Below, one piece after another: positions 1 through 9,780 of a stretch of 64,000 nucleotides of DNA. The DNA is from Candidatus Liptonbacteria bacterium. Lineage in GTDB: Bacteria; Patescibacteriota; Minisyncoccia; UBA6257; 2-01-FULL-56-20. The position numbers and the translations under genes are program-made. The DNA lies in contig JAHFLL010000001.1 in NCBI GenBank assembly GCA_023244895.1, forward strand, positions 404,741-468,740, given 5' to 3'. Within the stretch, counting starts at the first letter, position 1. Each line of letters opens with the position of its first letter. The notes under the pieces are model-generated. The model worked only from the letters and a program-made list of their open reading frames with translations, ran no database searches and had not been told where the DNA came from.

Positions 1-39
1 GGTCTCCGGCGGGTTTGTTTTTTGAGATAAGGTTAAACA

Positions 40-606
40 TTAAAATCCTATTTTGTCCGATATATTTTGAAGCGCGGAAATTACCGTTTTAAAATGCTCT
101 TCTTCCGAAATACCCAGCTCCATTGTCCCCCGCGCAATCTCCTCCCGACTAACTTTTTCCGCGAACTTTTTCTTCTTCAAATATTTAGTCACTGTTTCCG
201 GCGTGATTCCAGATAACTTATCCGGACGCATATAAGCAATAGCTACCAAGAAACCACAAAGCTCATCCACCGCGAAGAGACACTTGGCCATTTGCGTTTC
301 ACGCGATACTCCAGAATAAGTGGCATGCCCCAGAACCGCCTCAACCATTTCTTCCGGATAGCCTTGTTCTCGTAGAACTTTTACGGCCTCAAAAGGGTGC
401 CCCGTCTTCATAATCGGATCCGGGTTGGGATATTTTTCATAATCCAGATCGTGTAGCAGGCCGGTTATGCCCCATAAATCTTCATCTCCCTGATATTTTA
501 AGGCGTAGGCACGCATAGCCGCTTCCACGCACAACATATGTTTGCGCAAACTAGGTGACTCCACCCAATCCGTCAGCAATTGCCAAGCATCTTCTCTTTG
601 AGGCAT
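40..606 (-). CDS. HDIG/HD-domain phosphohydrolase
   Basis: H...GLLHDLDYE motif, later GH and AVDELCG; typical stand-alone HDIG protein. Confidence 0.85.
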   Translation of the reverse strand: MPQREDAWQLLTDWVESPSLRKHMLCVEAAMRAYALKYQGDEDLWGITGLLHDLDYEKYPNPDPIMKTGHPFEAVKVLREQGYPEEMVEAVLGHATYSGVSRETQMAKCLFAVDELCGFLVAIAYMRPDKLSGITPETVTKYLKKKKFAEKVSREEIARGTMELGISEEEHFKTVISALQNISDKIGF

Positions 607-718
607 GAGTCAAAGGTACCAAAAAGGATAGCCTTAATCAATTTTTTATATATAGAGAAGCGCCCGCCGGTTTATTACCAGCGAGCGCTCTTCCCTCCTT
701 TCCTTCTCGTGCCACATC

Positions 719-1048
719 CTACCCGTGCGGGAGAGCCTTGCCGGCTATCACGAGCTCCGCTCTTGCCAAGACGTCGACCGTTGCGACCAGCACGCTCTGA
801 GGTATCGCAACTTTCGCGTGATTGGCAGCATCAATTAACTTCCTGACGCGACGGACAGTCTCGTTCACCATCCTGATGGAGATGGGATGGGAACCCAGCA
901 GATGGCGGAGGTGCTGCAGGTCCATGTTGATCGCATGGGCTACGACATCTCCAACCTTGTGGTCGGTCGGATCTGTCCCGAACCATTCCTTGAAACGATT
1001 TGAGTTAGCCTTCCTAAGGGCTTCCGCCGCAGCGTGACTATGCCTCAT
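719..1048 (-). CDS. Orphan hypothetical protein (~109 aa, MRHSHAAA...)
   Basis: GGAGGAG immediately upstream of ATG at 1048; GC-rich hairpin downstream (~657-692); start trimmed from track ORF 719..1111. Confidence 0.6.
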   Translation of the reverse strand: MRHSHAAAEALRKANSNRFKEWFGTDPTDHKVGDVVAHAINMDLQHLRHLLGSHPISIRMVNETVRRVRKLIDAANHAKVAIPQSVLVATVDVLARAELVIAGKALPHG

Positions 1049-1127
1049 CACTCCTCCAGGGTTTTGTTCAGACTTATTTTTAAAACAAAAATCAACTATT
1101 GGCAAGTGCAAAAAAGCATCTCAACCG

Positions 1128-2807
1128 TCAATCCTCCAACGCAATATGTTGCTTATGTAGAAGCTTCAAATCATGCTCCTTCAAACTGTGCAAAATTGAC
1201 ATATCCGGATCTATTGCGATTGTTTTGCCCAAATATTGCCCGGCGGTAAAGTGCGGGAGAAGAACATAATCCGCGCCATGGGCATAAAGAAGTTCTGCGT
1301 CCTTTTCTGTCTCCGCCCTTACAATAATTTTGGGTCGCTCCAACAGGTCTTTCAACTCCGAAATGAGCATTAAATTATCCTCCAAGTCCGGGCTGGTAGA
1401 AATAACCAATTTAGCTTCATCAAAATTAGCCTTCTCAAATATCTCTTGGTCCGCTAAATCTCCAAAAAGATAATCCACCTTCCTTCTTTGAAGCTGGGGC
1501 AATATCTCCGGATTAAAATCTATCGCTAGAACGTCTTTCGGATTCAAATTGTCCAGTATGCTTTGGCCCGTACGGTGCGCGCCAATCAAAATGATAGGTT
1601 TATGGAATTCTTCGTTAAACATCTTGTCGTCTTTAGCTTTGCGCTTTTCAAACAAAGATAAGGCCTTCGCGAAGAATCTAAAAAGAAGTTCGCTATGCTG
1701 CAAAAGATAACTGGAAAGTACGAATGTCGTTAACCCGACCGCGGCTATTAGAGAAACTACGCCGTTATCCAAGTGTCCTATTTTTGCTCCCAGCGCCACC
1801 AACACCAAGCTAAACTCCGATATTTGCGCTATAGCCATTCCGGTCATAAAACTGGTCCGTTTACGATAGCCCATCAAGCCCATTGCTATTAGGACGATGA
1901 GCGGATTGCCGATTAGGACAAAAAGAGAAAGGATGAAAACGGAGACCATGGACTCGCCCACGTTTGAAAAAGTGATAGATGAACCCAGCGCCACAAAGAA
2001 TATTAAGATAAAAAAGTCTCTTAACGGCCTGACCCGCGCGGATATCTGGAAATGCTCCGCCGAGTTAGCCAAAGAAAGTCCAGCCAGAAAACCAGCTATT
2101 TCGACCGAAAAACCTATCATCTTAGCGAAGGTGGCGACCAGAAAGACCCAGGCCAAGGACATCACAAACAAAAGTTCGTGAGAACGGGCCACCCGATCCA
2201 GTACGGAGGGCAAAACCTTTCGGCCCAGATAAAGCATTATCCCAAAAAGGACTACCGCTTTGCCGACCACTGCGAGTATCGGCAAATACTCTATTCCCTC
2301 CCCACCCCGCACTCCCGAAAGAATCACCAGGAGTATCACGGCGACCAAATCTTGAATGAGTAATATGCCTACGGCAATACGTCCATACAAGCTATGCATA
2401 TCCCTCTTTTCCGTTAGAACCTTGACCGCGATGATGGTTGAGGAAAAGGTAAGAGCAATACCTATATAAGAAGCCGAAACTATTCCGAAATGAAGCAACG
2501 TGGCTATCCAAAATCCCGCCCCGAAAGTTACAACCACCTGCGTTAAGCCTATTATTAAAGCCGGCTTACTGACTGCCTTAAACGATTCGTAATTTATTTC
2601 TAGTCCCACCAAAAACAAAAGAAACATTATGCCCATGTCTGCGAAAATGCGCAGACTGTCCTCCATGCCTGCGGGATAGAAATAATGGAGTAGTAAACCG
2701 GTCAACAGGTATGCCAAAATAAGCGGCTGGCGCAAAAGTTTGGCTAAATATCCCAAAATAGAGGCAACCGAAAGTACAACTGCTAGCTGAACTATTTCGC
2801 TGGCCAT
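1128..2807 (-). CDS. CPA2 cation:proton antiporter with C-terminal TrkA-N/KTN domain (KefC-like)
   Basis: Multi-TM N-terminus with FLLFLVGLE, SSTII, QD and QISEFS motifs; C-terminal IGAHRTG Rossmann fold. Confidence 0.9.
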   Translation of the reverse strand: MASEIVQLAVVLSVASILGYLAKLLRQPLILAYLLTGLLLHYFYPAGMEDSLRIFADMGIMFLLFLVGLEINYESFKAVSKPALIIGLTQVVVTFGAGFWIATLLHFGIVSASYIGIALTFSSTIIAVKVLTEKRDMHSLYGRIAVGILLIQDLVAVILLVILSGVRGGEGIEYLPILAVVGKAVVLFGIMLYLGRKVLPSVLDRVARSHELLFVMSLAWVFLVATFAKMIGFSVEIAGFLAGLSLANSAEHFQISARVRPLRDFFILIFFVALGSSITFSNVGESMVSVFILSLFVLIGNPLIVLIAMGLMGYRKRTSFMTGMAIAQISEFSLVLVALGAKIGHLDNGVVSLIAAVGLTTFVLSSYLLQHSELLFRFFAKALSLFEKRKAKDDKMFNEEFHKPIILIGAHRTGQSILDNLNPKDVLAIDFNPEILPQLQRRKVDYLFGDLADQEIFEKANFDEAKLVISTSPDLEDNLMLISELKDLLERPKIIVRAETEKDAELLYAHGADYVLLPHFTAGQYLGKTIAIDPDMSILHSLKEHDLKLLHKQHIALED

Positions 2808-2820
2808 TGATTTTCAACTA

Positions 2821-3198
2821 TTATGATTGCGCTTTGGATATCCTTTCCGCTAAGTCTCCGATATATGGCAGTTTGTAGATTCCGCCCTGATAGCCCTTAT
2901 ACATCAAGAAAACCCACGAAATTACCCACACTAAATAAATTATATCCACCAAAAAGTAGAGAAATATAGAGAAAGACATGCCCAGCACAATGGAAAGAAT
3001 TTGTAGACCCCCAAACCAGATCAAAGACTGCGCCGCATGGAATCTTACGGTTGGCCTGTTCTTCTCTAATAATAAGAAAATTAGGCCGGTTACCCAAAAT
3101 CCCAGATAGCAGAAAAGATTAGCCGCGTTTTCGCCCATACCACTGCCCCCCTGAGGAGCCGGAGCCGGATCGGGAGATGTTTGATTATTTTGTTCCAT
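2821..3198 (-). CDS. DUF4870-like membrane protein
   Basis: LCYL..GLIFLLLEK..VRFHAAQS..YKLPYIG pattern. Confidence 0.8.
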   Translation of the reverse strand: MEQNNQTSPDPAPAPQGGSGMGENAANLFCYLGFWVTGLIFLLLEKNRPTVRFHAAQSLIWFGGLQILSIVLGMSFSIFLYFLVDIIYLVWVISWVFLMYKGYQGGIYKLPYIGDLAERISKAQS

Positions 3199-3251
3199 TT
3201 TGGATTCTTATCTTATTTTTGTGACTTTCCTAAATTATAACATATTGAATT

Positions 3252-4115
3252 CTACTTCTCATCAAATAGCTTTTGCAGAATATCAATATTTCTCCTATCC
3301 GGACCCGCGCCCTCAAATCCCGGCACCTCTAGCAGCCAAGGCAGGCTCTTAAATTCCTTTATGCGCGCCAGATTTATAAAACCAGCCAAACCTATCTCGC
3401 CCTGTCCAATATTCTCGTGCCTATCATGGTGCGAGCCGACCGAGGTCTTACTATCGTTCACATGTAGACAAGAAATCTTGCTCCACCCTATCAACCGACC
3501 CAGTTCTTCTTTTAATATGTTCAGATTGGCCGAGTCGTACTTCTCCATGACTCCCGCCTCCAATGCGTGTGCGGTATCAAAACAAACCCCCACTCGTTCG
3601 TTTTTATCTATTAGTTTCAAAATCTTAGATAAGTCCGCAAGAGACGAACCTAATTTATCGCCTCCACCCGCGCTGTTTTCTAAAATCAATTTACTTTCGC
3701 CCGGCACCTCTTTTAATATGTTTAAAACTATTCGTGCCAAATGCTCGCGCGCTTCTTGCGGGTTTCCGCCCTTGCTTGACCCTAGATGAAATATGACTCC
3801 CTCGCCCCCTATCGCTTCACTAATTTTGAGACTGTTTCTAAGGAGATTCTCGGACTTTTGCCTTAGGTCAACATTCGGACTGGCCAGATTTATGAGATAT
3901 GGCGCGTGTAAAAAAACTGGCCAAACATCCATCTCTCGCGAAAGTGCTCGAAATTCTTTCGCGGACTTCTCGTCCGGTAGGGCCGCGTTCCACTGGCGTG
4001 GAGAAGAGCCGAATATCTGAATCGTGTTAGCACCTATCTCCCTGGCCCTCAAAAGAGCCTGCGTTAAGCCCCCTCCCGCAGAAACGTGTCCTCCAATACG
4101 AACTTTTGTGCTCAT
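3252..4115 (-). CDS. nfo: Endonuclease IV (AP endonuclease)
   Basis: GGHVSAGG, HAPYLINLAS, LENSAG, CFDTAH, HVNDSK, DRHENIG motifs. Confidence 0.95.
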   Translation of the reverse strand: MSTKVRIGGHVSAGGGLTQALLRAREIGANTIQIFGSSPRQWNAALPDEKSAKEFRALSREMDVWPVFLHAPYLINLASPNVDLRQKSENLLRNSLKISEAIGGEGVIFHLGSSKGGNPQEAREHLARIVLNILKEVPGESKLILENSAGGGDKLGSSLADLSKILKLIDKNERVGVCFDTAHALEAGVMEKYDSANLNILKEELGRLIGWSKISCLHVNDSKTSVGSHHDRHENIGQGEIGLAGFINLARIKEFKSLPWLLEVPGFEGAGPDRRNIDILQKLFDEK

Positions 4116-4375
4116 TGGGAACTATTATAACCTAATACCCGCCAAACCCAACCCGGCTGCCCGCCACCCTCCCAGCCCTTGATTTTTTGACCGGGATATG
4201 CTAGGATGTAGAAGTAAATAAGAGATGCCCTAAGGGGCGTTTTTTGTTTGTAAAATAAGGGTTTAAAGCCGTTTCTGATACCCAACACGGGTTTCTACGG
4301 TTCAGGCCTAAAAGTCTTCGTAAAAGCAAATTTGGGGCCATAGCAAGGCCTTAAATAGCGGAAAACAAGCATAAA

Positions 4376-4828
4376 ATGTCTAAAAACGCGGCGTTGGGAG
4401 CGATACTCGTTTTGAGCATCTTTTACCCCACCCAAGGAGAGGTAATCCACGCGGATTTCGAACTGGATATACCTACCCATACTCAGACCACTGTCTCAAC
4501 CACCCTGGCTTCCGTACCGACGATTAAAGCTGTCTCGGCTAGAACCAGGACGGTTAAAGTCACCGCCTACACCAGCAGCCCGGAAGAAACGGATGATACT
4601 CCATTCATAACCGCTTCCGGTAAAACCGTGCGGGATGGCATAGTCGCCAGCAACTTTCTCCCCCTGGGAACCAGGGTCAAAATTCCTACCCTATTCGGCG
4701 ACAAAATCTTTGTGGTAGAAGACCGCATGCACCCCAGGATGAAAAACGTGGTGGATATTTGGATGGAAAAGAAAGAAGATGCCCTCAAATTCGGATTCAA
4801 AAATGCCGAGATAGCAATCTTGGACTAG
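4376..4828 (+). CDS. Secreted 3D-domain (MltA-like) cell-wall protein
   Basis: Signal peptide; VTAYTS..ETD..PFITASG, VEDRM, VDIW; upstream TTGATT-17-TAGGAT. Confidence 0.85.
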   Translation: MSKNAALGAILVLSIFYPTQGEVIHADFELDIPTHTQTTVSTTLASVPTIKAVSARTRTVKVTAYTSSPEETDDTPFITASGKTVRDGIVASNFLPLGTRVKIPTLFGDKIFVVEDRMHPRMKNVVDIWMEKKEDALKFGFKNAEIAILD

Positions 4829-4863
4829 AAAATAGAATTTAGTAGTTAGAAGTTAGTAGATAA
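4826..4863 (+). repeat. 7-nt-period TAGnnnn tandem array starting at the stop codon
   Basis: TAG at 4826, 4833, 4840, 4847, 4854 and TAA at 4861. Confidence 0.8.
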
Positions 4864-4875
4864 TGCGCGCAATAA

Positions 4876-4905
4876 CCAAAACCCCCGGAACTCCGGGGGT
4901 TTTGG
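4876..4905. terminator. Bidirectional intrinsic terminator
   Basis: aaaacccccgga-ac-tccgggggtttt between convergent genes. Confidence 0.8.
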
Positions 4906-4984
4906 TTGTCGGGCTGGTTGCCTGTAAATTATTTATACACGAAAGCCGGTTCCGATGCCCGTCTGGGACTTACTCGAAACCGGC

Positions 4985-5206
4985 TCACTCTCGCGAGGCC
5001 TTGTCGGTCTCGGCTGCTTGGTCCGCTTGGACTTGCTCTGCAATCTGTCTGTCCAGCCGGCGCTTACTTCGGGCATACTTTATGGCCCAGGGAGAGAGAA
5101 TCGCCCCAGCCACGAGAAATCCGACCCCGTAGATAAAGCACCTAGACCAGCTTACGGTCTCTTTCTCCAACCCCTTGATCGTGTCCGCGATCGTCTTTGC
5201 GGTCAT
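4985..5206 (-). CDS. Orphan small single-TM protein
   Basis: AGGAGGT SD shortly before ATG; one hydrophobic helix. Confidence 0.65.
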   Translation of the reverse strand: MTAKTIADTIKGLEKETVSWSRCFIYGVGFLVAGAILSPWAIKYARSKRRLDRQIAEQVQADQAAETDKASRE

Positions 5207-5254
5207 GGACCACCTCCTAGCTCCCTTATACTCCTATTTTATAACCTATTCAAA

Positions 5255-5893
5255 TTAGAAATCCTGCCCGTCCCCCTCTTTCATGGGACGAAAATCTATG
5301 CCCTCCGAAACCAAAAAAGTTTCTGGCACCAGATGCGCGGCTCCAAACTGCTTTACCCCACCATCGTGCACTGGAAAAGCGAACTTGGGCCTCACCTCTA
5401 AAGCATACTTCATCGCCTCGGATATCTTCATCCAAGGTCCGGCCACCGGCAAGGCCAATATTTCCGGCCTGGTTTTGGGAATATAAAAAGCGTCTCCGGG
5501 ATAGAACAATCTTCCGCCGAAGAAAAAGCCCGTATTCTGAACTTGACCAAAGTTTTGATATATCTCCGCGTGCTTATTACCCATTGCTTCCAGTTTTAAA
5601 CCCGAGACGTCTCCGGTCACGCCATCCTCCATCAATTCAAAGGATATTCCCTCTTTGGTCAAAATAACTCCTACCCCGGAATTAGTTATAACTCTTACGC
5701 CCGGGTTTTCTTTGAGCAGGATTCTTAATGAGTCCATGTGCAAGTGATCGGCATGCTCGTGCGTAATCACTATCGCATTCAGATTCCGCGCCTCAACTTG
5801 AGACAAGGAATAGCTACCGGGATCGGTCAATATTCGTACTCCGCTTTCTTCAATCAGTAACGCGCAATGTCCGTATTTAGTTACTTTCATCAA
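5255..5893 (-). CDS. MBL-fold metallo-hydrolase
   Basis: THEHADH, TDPG, YPGDA, PVHDG motifs. Confidence 0.9.
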   Translation of the reverse strand: MMKVTKYGHCALLIEESGVRILTDPGSYSLSQVEARNLNAIVITHEHADHLHMDSLRILLKENPGVRVITNSGVGVILTKEGISFELMEDGVTGDVSGLKLEAMGNKHAEIYQNFGQVQNTGFFFGGRLFYPGDAFYIPKTRPEILALPVAGPWMKISEAMKYALEVRPKFAFPVHDGGVKQFGAAHLVPETFLVSEGIDFRPMKEGDGQDF

Positions 5894-6071
5894 CGTTATT
5901 ATTATCCGTCACGTCTTCCTGCTTATTTTGAGTCTCTGTCTTGCCATGCTTGCCATCCGTGCATTCACAGGGCTCCAGGGGGTGGTCATGCTTCTCACAG
6001 GTTTGCGCCTGGCAAGTACCCGGCTTATCAGAAACTCCCGCGCAACTTCCGGAACAAAAATAATGAGTCAT
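5877..6071 (-). CDS. Small Cys/His-rich putative metal-binding protein
   Basis: CSGSC..C..C..HDH..CEC..H in 64 aa; operonic behind sod. Confidence 0.65.
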   Translation of the reverse strand: MTHYFCSGSCAGVSDKPGTCQAQTCEKHDHPLEPCECTDGKHGKTETQNKQEDVTDNNNVDESN

Positions 6072-6085
6072 ATTTTTATTATAAT

Positions 6086-6709
6086 TTATTTATTTTCAGT
6101 TATCTTCGCAAAATCTTCCGTCACTTTATTCCAATTAACTACATTCCACCAAGCGGCGATATAGTCCGGTCGACGATTCTGATACTTAAGGTAATAGGCG
6201 TGTTCCCAGACATCCAAGCACAAAATGGGATGCAGCCCCTCCGAAACCGGGGAATCCTGATTCGCGCTGGAAACTATACTTATCTTTCCGCTTGGGTCGG
6301 CTAAGAGCCAGGCCCAGCCACTGCCAAACCTCCCTAGCGCCGCCTTACCAAAAGATTCCTTCATCGCATCCAAGCTGCCGAAAGATTCATTTATCTTTTG
6401 GAGTAAGGCGGGAGAAGCTTCCCCGCCCTGTCCGATCGGAGCCATATATTCCCAAAACAAGGAGTGATTATAATGTCCACCTCCATTGTTCCGAATAGCA
6501 ACCCTGCTCTCTTCCGGAATAGAGTCCAAGTTTTGCAGCAACTCCAGAACGCTCTTATCCTGAAACGCGGGCAAACCTGCCAGCGACTCATTTAACTTAT
6601 TCACATAAGTCTGATGATGTTTAGAATGGTGGATTTCCATTGTTTGCGCGTCAATGTAGGGCTCTAACGCTTCGTATCCGTATCCTAATTTCGGTAGTTC
6701 GTGTTGCAT
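6086..6709 (-). CDS. sodA: Fe/Mn superoxide dismutase
   Basis: [30 protein letters not shown]. Confidence 0.97.
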   Translation of the reverse strand: MQHELPKLGYGYEALEPYIDAQTMEIHHSKHHQTYVNKLNESLAGLPAFQDKSVLELLQNLDSIPEESRVAIRNNGGGHYNHSLFWEYMAPIGQGGEASPALLQKINESFGSLDAMKESFGKAALGRFGSGWAWLLADPSGKISIVSSANQDSPVSEGLHPILCLDVWEHAYYLKYQNRRPDYIAAWWNVVNWNKVTEDFAKITENK

Positions 6710-6716
6710 GTGTTTG

Positions 6717-7064
6717 TTATTTTTTTATATTTTTTAAAGACGGTAGCTGTTCTATTTTCGCGGCGACTATGAAATCATTTTCTGACAAACCCGAAATGGC
6801 ATGGGTCCACAAGATGATATCTACCTTGTTGTAATAGATAATTATATCCGGATGATGTCCCTCTGCCTCAGCAAGCTTCGCGACTTCGTTCACGAAATCT
6901 ATGGCTTGGACGAAATTCTCAAATATAAATCTCTTCTGTATTTTTATATCTTCCAAAATAGACCAGTCCAAAGGTAGCTGCTTCAAATAGGTGGCTGCTT
7001 CTGCGGGGCTAAACCTAGGCACTCCTCCCTCGCAAGGTAGGCACTTTTTATCGGTCAAATTCAT
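6717..7064 (-). CDS. Pterin-4-alpha-carbinolamine dehydratase
   Basis: [32 protein letters not shown]. Confidence 0.93.
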   Translation of the reverse strand: MNLTDKKCLPCEGGVPRFSPAEAATYLKQLPLDWSILEDIKIQKRFIFENFVQAIDFVNEVAKLAEAEGHHPDIIIYYNKVDIILWTHAISGLSENDFIVAAKIEQLPSLKNIKK

Positions 7065-7109
7065 TGGAGTTAGATTATACCAGAAAAAGGACGGGCTAGA
7101 CAGCAGAAC

Positions 7110-7137
7110 CTAAAACCCCGCTAAGGCGGGGTTTTAG
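7110..7137. terminator. Intrinsic terminator
   Basis: ctaaaaccccgc-taag-gcggggttttag. Confidence 0.8.
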
Positions 7138-7159
7138 AAAAAAACTACATCAATTATCC

Positions 7160-7531
7160 CTATTTTTTGCCGTTCCGACACATCTTCTTAGAGCAACAGC
7201 AATCGCCACAGCAATTTTCCTCGCTCTTTACCCTACCCGCGCACTCTAGGCACTCCGTTTCGCCACAGTCACACTTTTTACCGAAAACAAAGATATAAAG
7301 TATCTCTAATATGCCCAAGGTATTCACTACCAGAAGCACGATAAACCAGCCCGCCGATTTATTTTGAGCGGCGCGCCATAGGGCAAATCCCTTCCAAATC
7401 AAAGACCAAATGATTATCGCGAAGACCAGAACCAATCCCAGCCAGCCCCAATGACCGAATCCCTCCCAGTTCTGGTATGGACCGACGTTCATCACGCCCC
7501 CCATGACCCTACCAAATCCTTCTCCGTACAT
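7160..7531 (-). CDS. DUF5652-like membrane protein with Cys-rich tail
   Basis: WSLIWKGFALWRAA..WFIVLLVVNTLGILEILY; tail with multiple CC. Confidence 0.8.
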   Translation of the reverse strand: MYGEGFGRVMGGVMNVGPYQNWEGFGHWGWLGLVLVFAIIIWSLIWKGFALWRAAQNKSAGWFIVLLVVNTLGILEILYIFVFGKKCDCGETECLECAGRVKSEENCCGDCCCSKKMCRNGKK

Positions 7532-7567
7532 GTTATTTGTTTAAATATTTTAAACGACCTTTCTTCC

Positions 7568-7768
7568 CTATCTGTTGCCAAGCATCGCCTCCGCCTCCGA
7601 CCTGGTCAGTAAATCCCTCTTTTTGATTTCCTCCTCCACCAATTTGCGGACCGTGTCTTCCAGTACCTTCTTACTGTCTTGCGCCTGCTTCATTAACTGC
7701 GAAATCTGGTCCGGAGACATGCCCTTCATCATCTCGGACGCCATCTTAAATTGGTCAAACATTCCCAT
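7568..7768 (-). CDS. Small hypothetical helical protein
   Basis: 66-aa ORF in operonic position with protein-like composition. Confidence 0.65.
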   Translation of the reverse strand: MGMFDQFKMASEMMKGMSPDQISQLMKQAQDSKKVLEDTVRKLVEEEIKKRDLLTRSEAEAMLGNR

Positions 7769-7796
7769 TCTATTTTTATTAATTATTTGTTAATGC

Positions 7797-8471
7797 CTAT
7801 CTTATACCGCTGTCAAATTGCAAACTCAAATCCGTCCACTTTCCATTTTCTACCACAAACTTTACGGGACTAAAGGATGGCATTCGTCGCGCGCCAAGTT
7901 CCGCTTGGGCTATCACATAAGATCCCGGAGAAAGCTGTGTCTCAAATCGACCGTCTCCATCGGAAGAAACATTGGTAGGGGTCCCGCTCTTTTGGTTTGT
8001 TATTACAAAGGAAGCAATAAATGGTTTGTCCGCACATTCTGCCGGATTAGGATCGCGCACCACCGGACAGGTTGGACCGATAGTTACCATGCCTCGCACG
8101 CCCGACTTGCTCAAGACCGGTGCGGGGGCAACGTTTTCCGTAAAGCTGTCGCCGCTAGAAGTCACACATCTTCTGGGATAAGACTCCATCACCGGATAGC
8201 CCTGAGCAACACACTCCTCAAAACTGGAAGGTTCTCCAAGGGGAGTATTGCCGTAATCTTTTGTAAACGTCCGTCCGTCTGGAGACACACACCTCTCCGG
8301 ATAAGTCATCAAAACCTTTCCGCCCTGCGCCATGGCGCACTCCTCAAAATTATTAACCTCCGAAATATTACCGCTAGACAGCTTATCAATGAAGTAATAA
8401 GCCAAAACGGCCAGAACGGCCAATATTACTGCCGCCACAATTAAAGATTCATGTCTGTCTTGAGGACGCAT
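7797..8471 (-). CDS. Membrane-anchored surface protein with two FEEC..G..V..YP.RC repeats and a carboxypeptidase-regulatory-like beta domain
   Basis: N-terminal TM; duplicated Cys motif; GPTCPV...C, DSGIR; start taken at MRPQD. Confidence 0.75.
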   Translation of the reverse strand: MRPQDRHESLIVAAVILAVLAVLAYYFIDKLSSGNISEVNNFEECAMAQGGKVLMTYPERCVSPDGRTFTKDYGNTPLGEPSSFEECVAQGYPVMESYPRRCVTSSGDSFTENVAPAPVLSKSGVRGMVTIGPTCPVVRDPNPAECADKPFIASFVITNQKSGTPTNVSSDGDGRFETQLSPGSYVIAQAELGARRMPSFSPVKFVVENGKWTDLSLQFDSGIR

Positions 8472-8630
8472 GTTAGTTGTATCTTTCTTTCGCGCTCGGA
8501 TTATAACATACTTCCTAGGTTTAGGAAAAATTATCATCTTCCCCATAAATCGCCTTTCCGAATCCAGGATTTGCGCCTTCTGCGCTTATATAATATCCTA
8601 AACCGGCAAAATTAATACACAAACACAAAT

Positions 8631-9710
8631 ATGACCAAAGAAGAACTGGGAGGGAAAATATCTAATCTAAAAATTTCACGCGGGAAAAAATCGGAAGCGC
8701 TCATAGAGGGAGAAATCACGGTAGAGACCATGCGCCCCTATGCGGAGGCGGTAGTCAAAGAAGCCGGTAAAGATTTTGAGATGCCCGGCTTCCGCAAAGG
8801 CCAGGTTCCAGAGAACATATTACGCCAGAATTTAAATATGGCGCACGTCTGGTCGGATGCCGCCCATGATGCCCTGGGCGACTTATATCCCGAGATATTG
8901 GAGCTCCATGAGTTAGCGGTCATTAGTTCTCCGCGCGTGACGTTCACCAAGCTTGCTCCGGAAAATCCGCTCGGTTTTCAAATAGAAATAGGCTTAATGC
9001 CGGAATTCAAATTGCCGGACTATAAAAAAATAGGCAAAAAAGCTGCTGAAACAAAAAAAATAGCGGAAACGACCGAGGCGGAGATAGAAGAAACCATAGC
9101 CTACATCAAGAAGTCTCGAGAGAAAAGCCAGCAAGACAAAGAATTGACGGATGAAAATATTAAAGAATTCGGAGATTTCAAAAACCTGGCGGAATTCCGT
9201 GCGCGCATTAAGGAAAATCTTTTACATGAGAAAGAGATGGATGCGAGTCGCGCGATTCGGGAACAAATAGCTAAAGACTTAGCGGAAGCTACCAAGATAG
9301 AGCTTCCGGAAATAGTTGTGGAAGAAGAACTCCAAATTATGCGCAAGGATCGCGCCGCGGAACTGGACCGTCTTAAAATGTCCACCGAAGATTATTTAAA
9401 GCAGTTGAATAAAACTGCGCAGGAGCTGGAGAAGCAGGAACTGGAATACGTGGAGCGTCAGCTCAAAACGCGCCTGATACTCGGTAAGATAGCGGAAGAA
9501 GAAAAGATAGTACCGGAAGAAAAGGAAGTGGAACAAAACTCGGAATATTTAATGAGGCGCCACCCGGAAAGCGACCCGGAACAGGTCTACCATTACGTTG
9601 TGAATATGCTGACCAACGAGCTGGTCTTGGAGCTACTGGAAGGCAAGAAAAAAGACACGCAAGCTCAAGAGAAGACGGGAAAACCGAAAGACAAGCCGGA
9701 GGAGAAATAA
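8631..9710 (+). CDS. tig: Trigger factor (lacking FKBP domain)
   Basis: PGFRKGQVP ribosome-binding motif followed directly by C-terminal chaperone domain; 359 aa. Confidence 0.9.
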   Translation: MTKEELGGKISNLKISRGKKSEALIEGEITVETMRPYAEAVVKEAGKDFEMPGFRKGQVPENILRQNLNMAHVWSDAAHDALGDLYPEILELHELAVISSPRVTFTKLAPENPLGFQIEIGLMPEFKLPDYKKIGKKAAETKKIAETTEAEIEETIAYIKKSREKSQQDKELTDENIKEFGDFKNLAEFRARIKENLLHEKEMDASRAIREQIAKDLAEATKIELPEIVVEEELQIMRKDRAAELDRLKMSTEDYLKQLNKTAQELEKQELEYVERQLKTRLILGKIAEEEKIVPEEKEVEQNSEYLMRRHPESDPEQVYHYVVNMLTNELVLELLEGKKKDTQAQEKTGKPKDKPEEK

Positions 9711-9729
9711 CCGGCACTACCCACAGCGC

Positions 9730-9760
9730 AAAAACACCGCCAGGAAAGCGGTGTTTTTGT
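9730..9760. terminator. Bidirectional terminator between tig and metK
   Basis: aaaaacaccgc-caggaaa-gcggtgttttt. Confidence 0.8.
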
Positions 9761-9780
9761 TTTAGGTCTATAAAAGATTC

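Noticed and set aside
4200-4375. c-di-AMP (ydaO) riboswitch ahead of the 3D-domain gene
   Set aside because: Only a short hairpin with T-run is visible; conserved ydaO motifs were not found.
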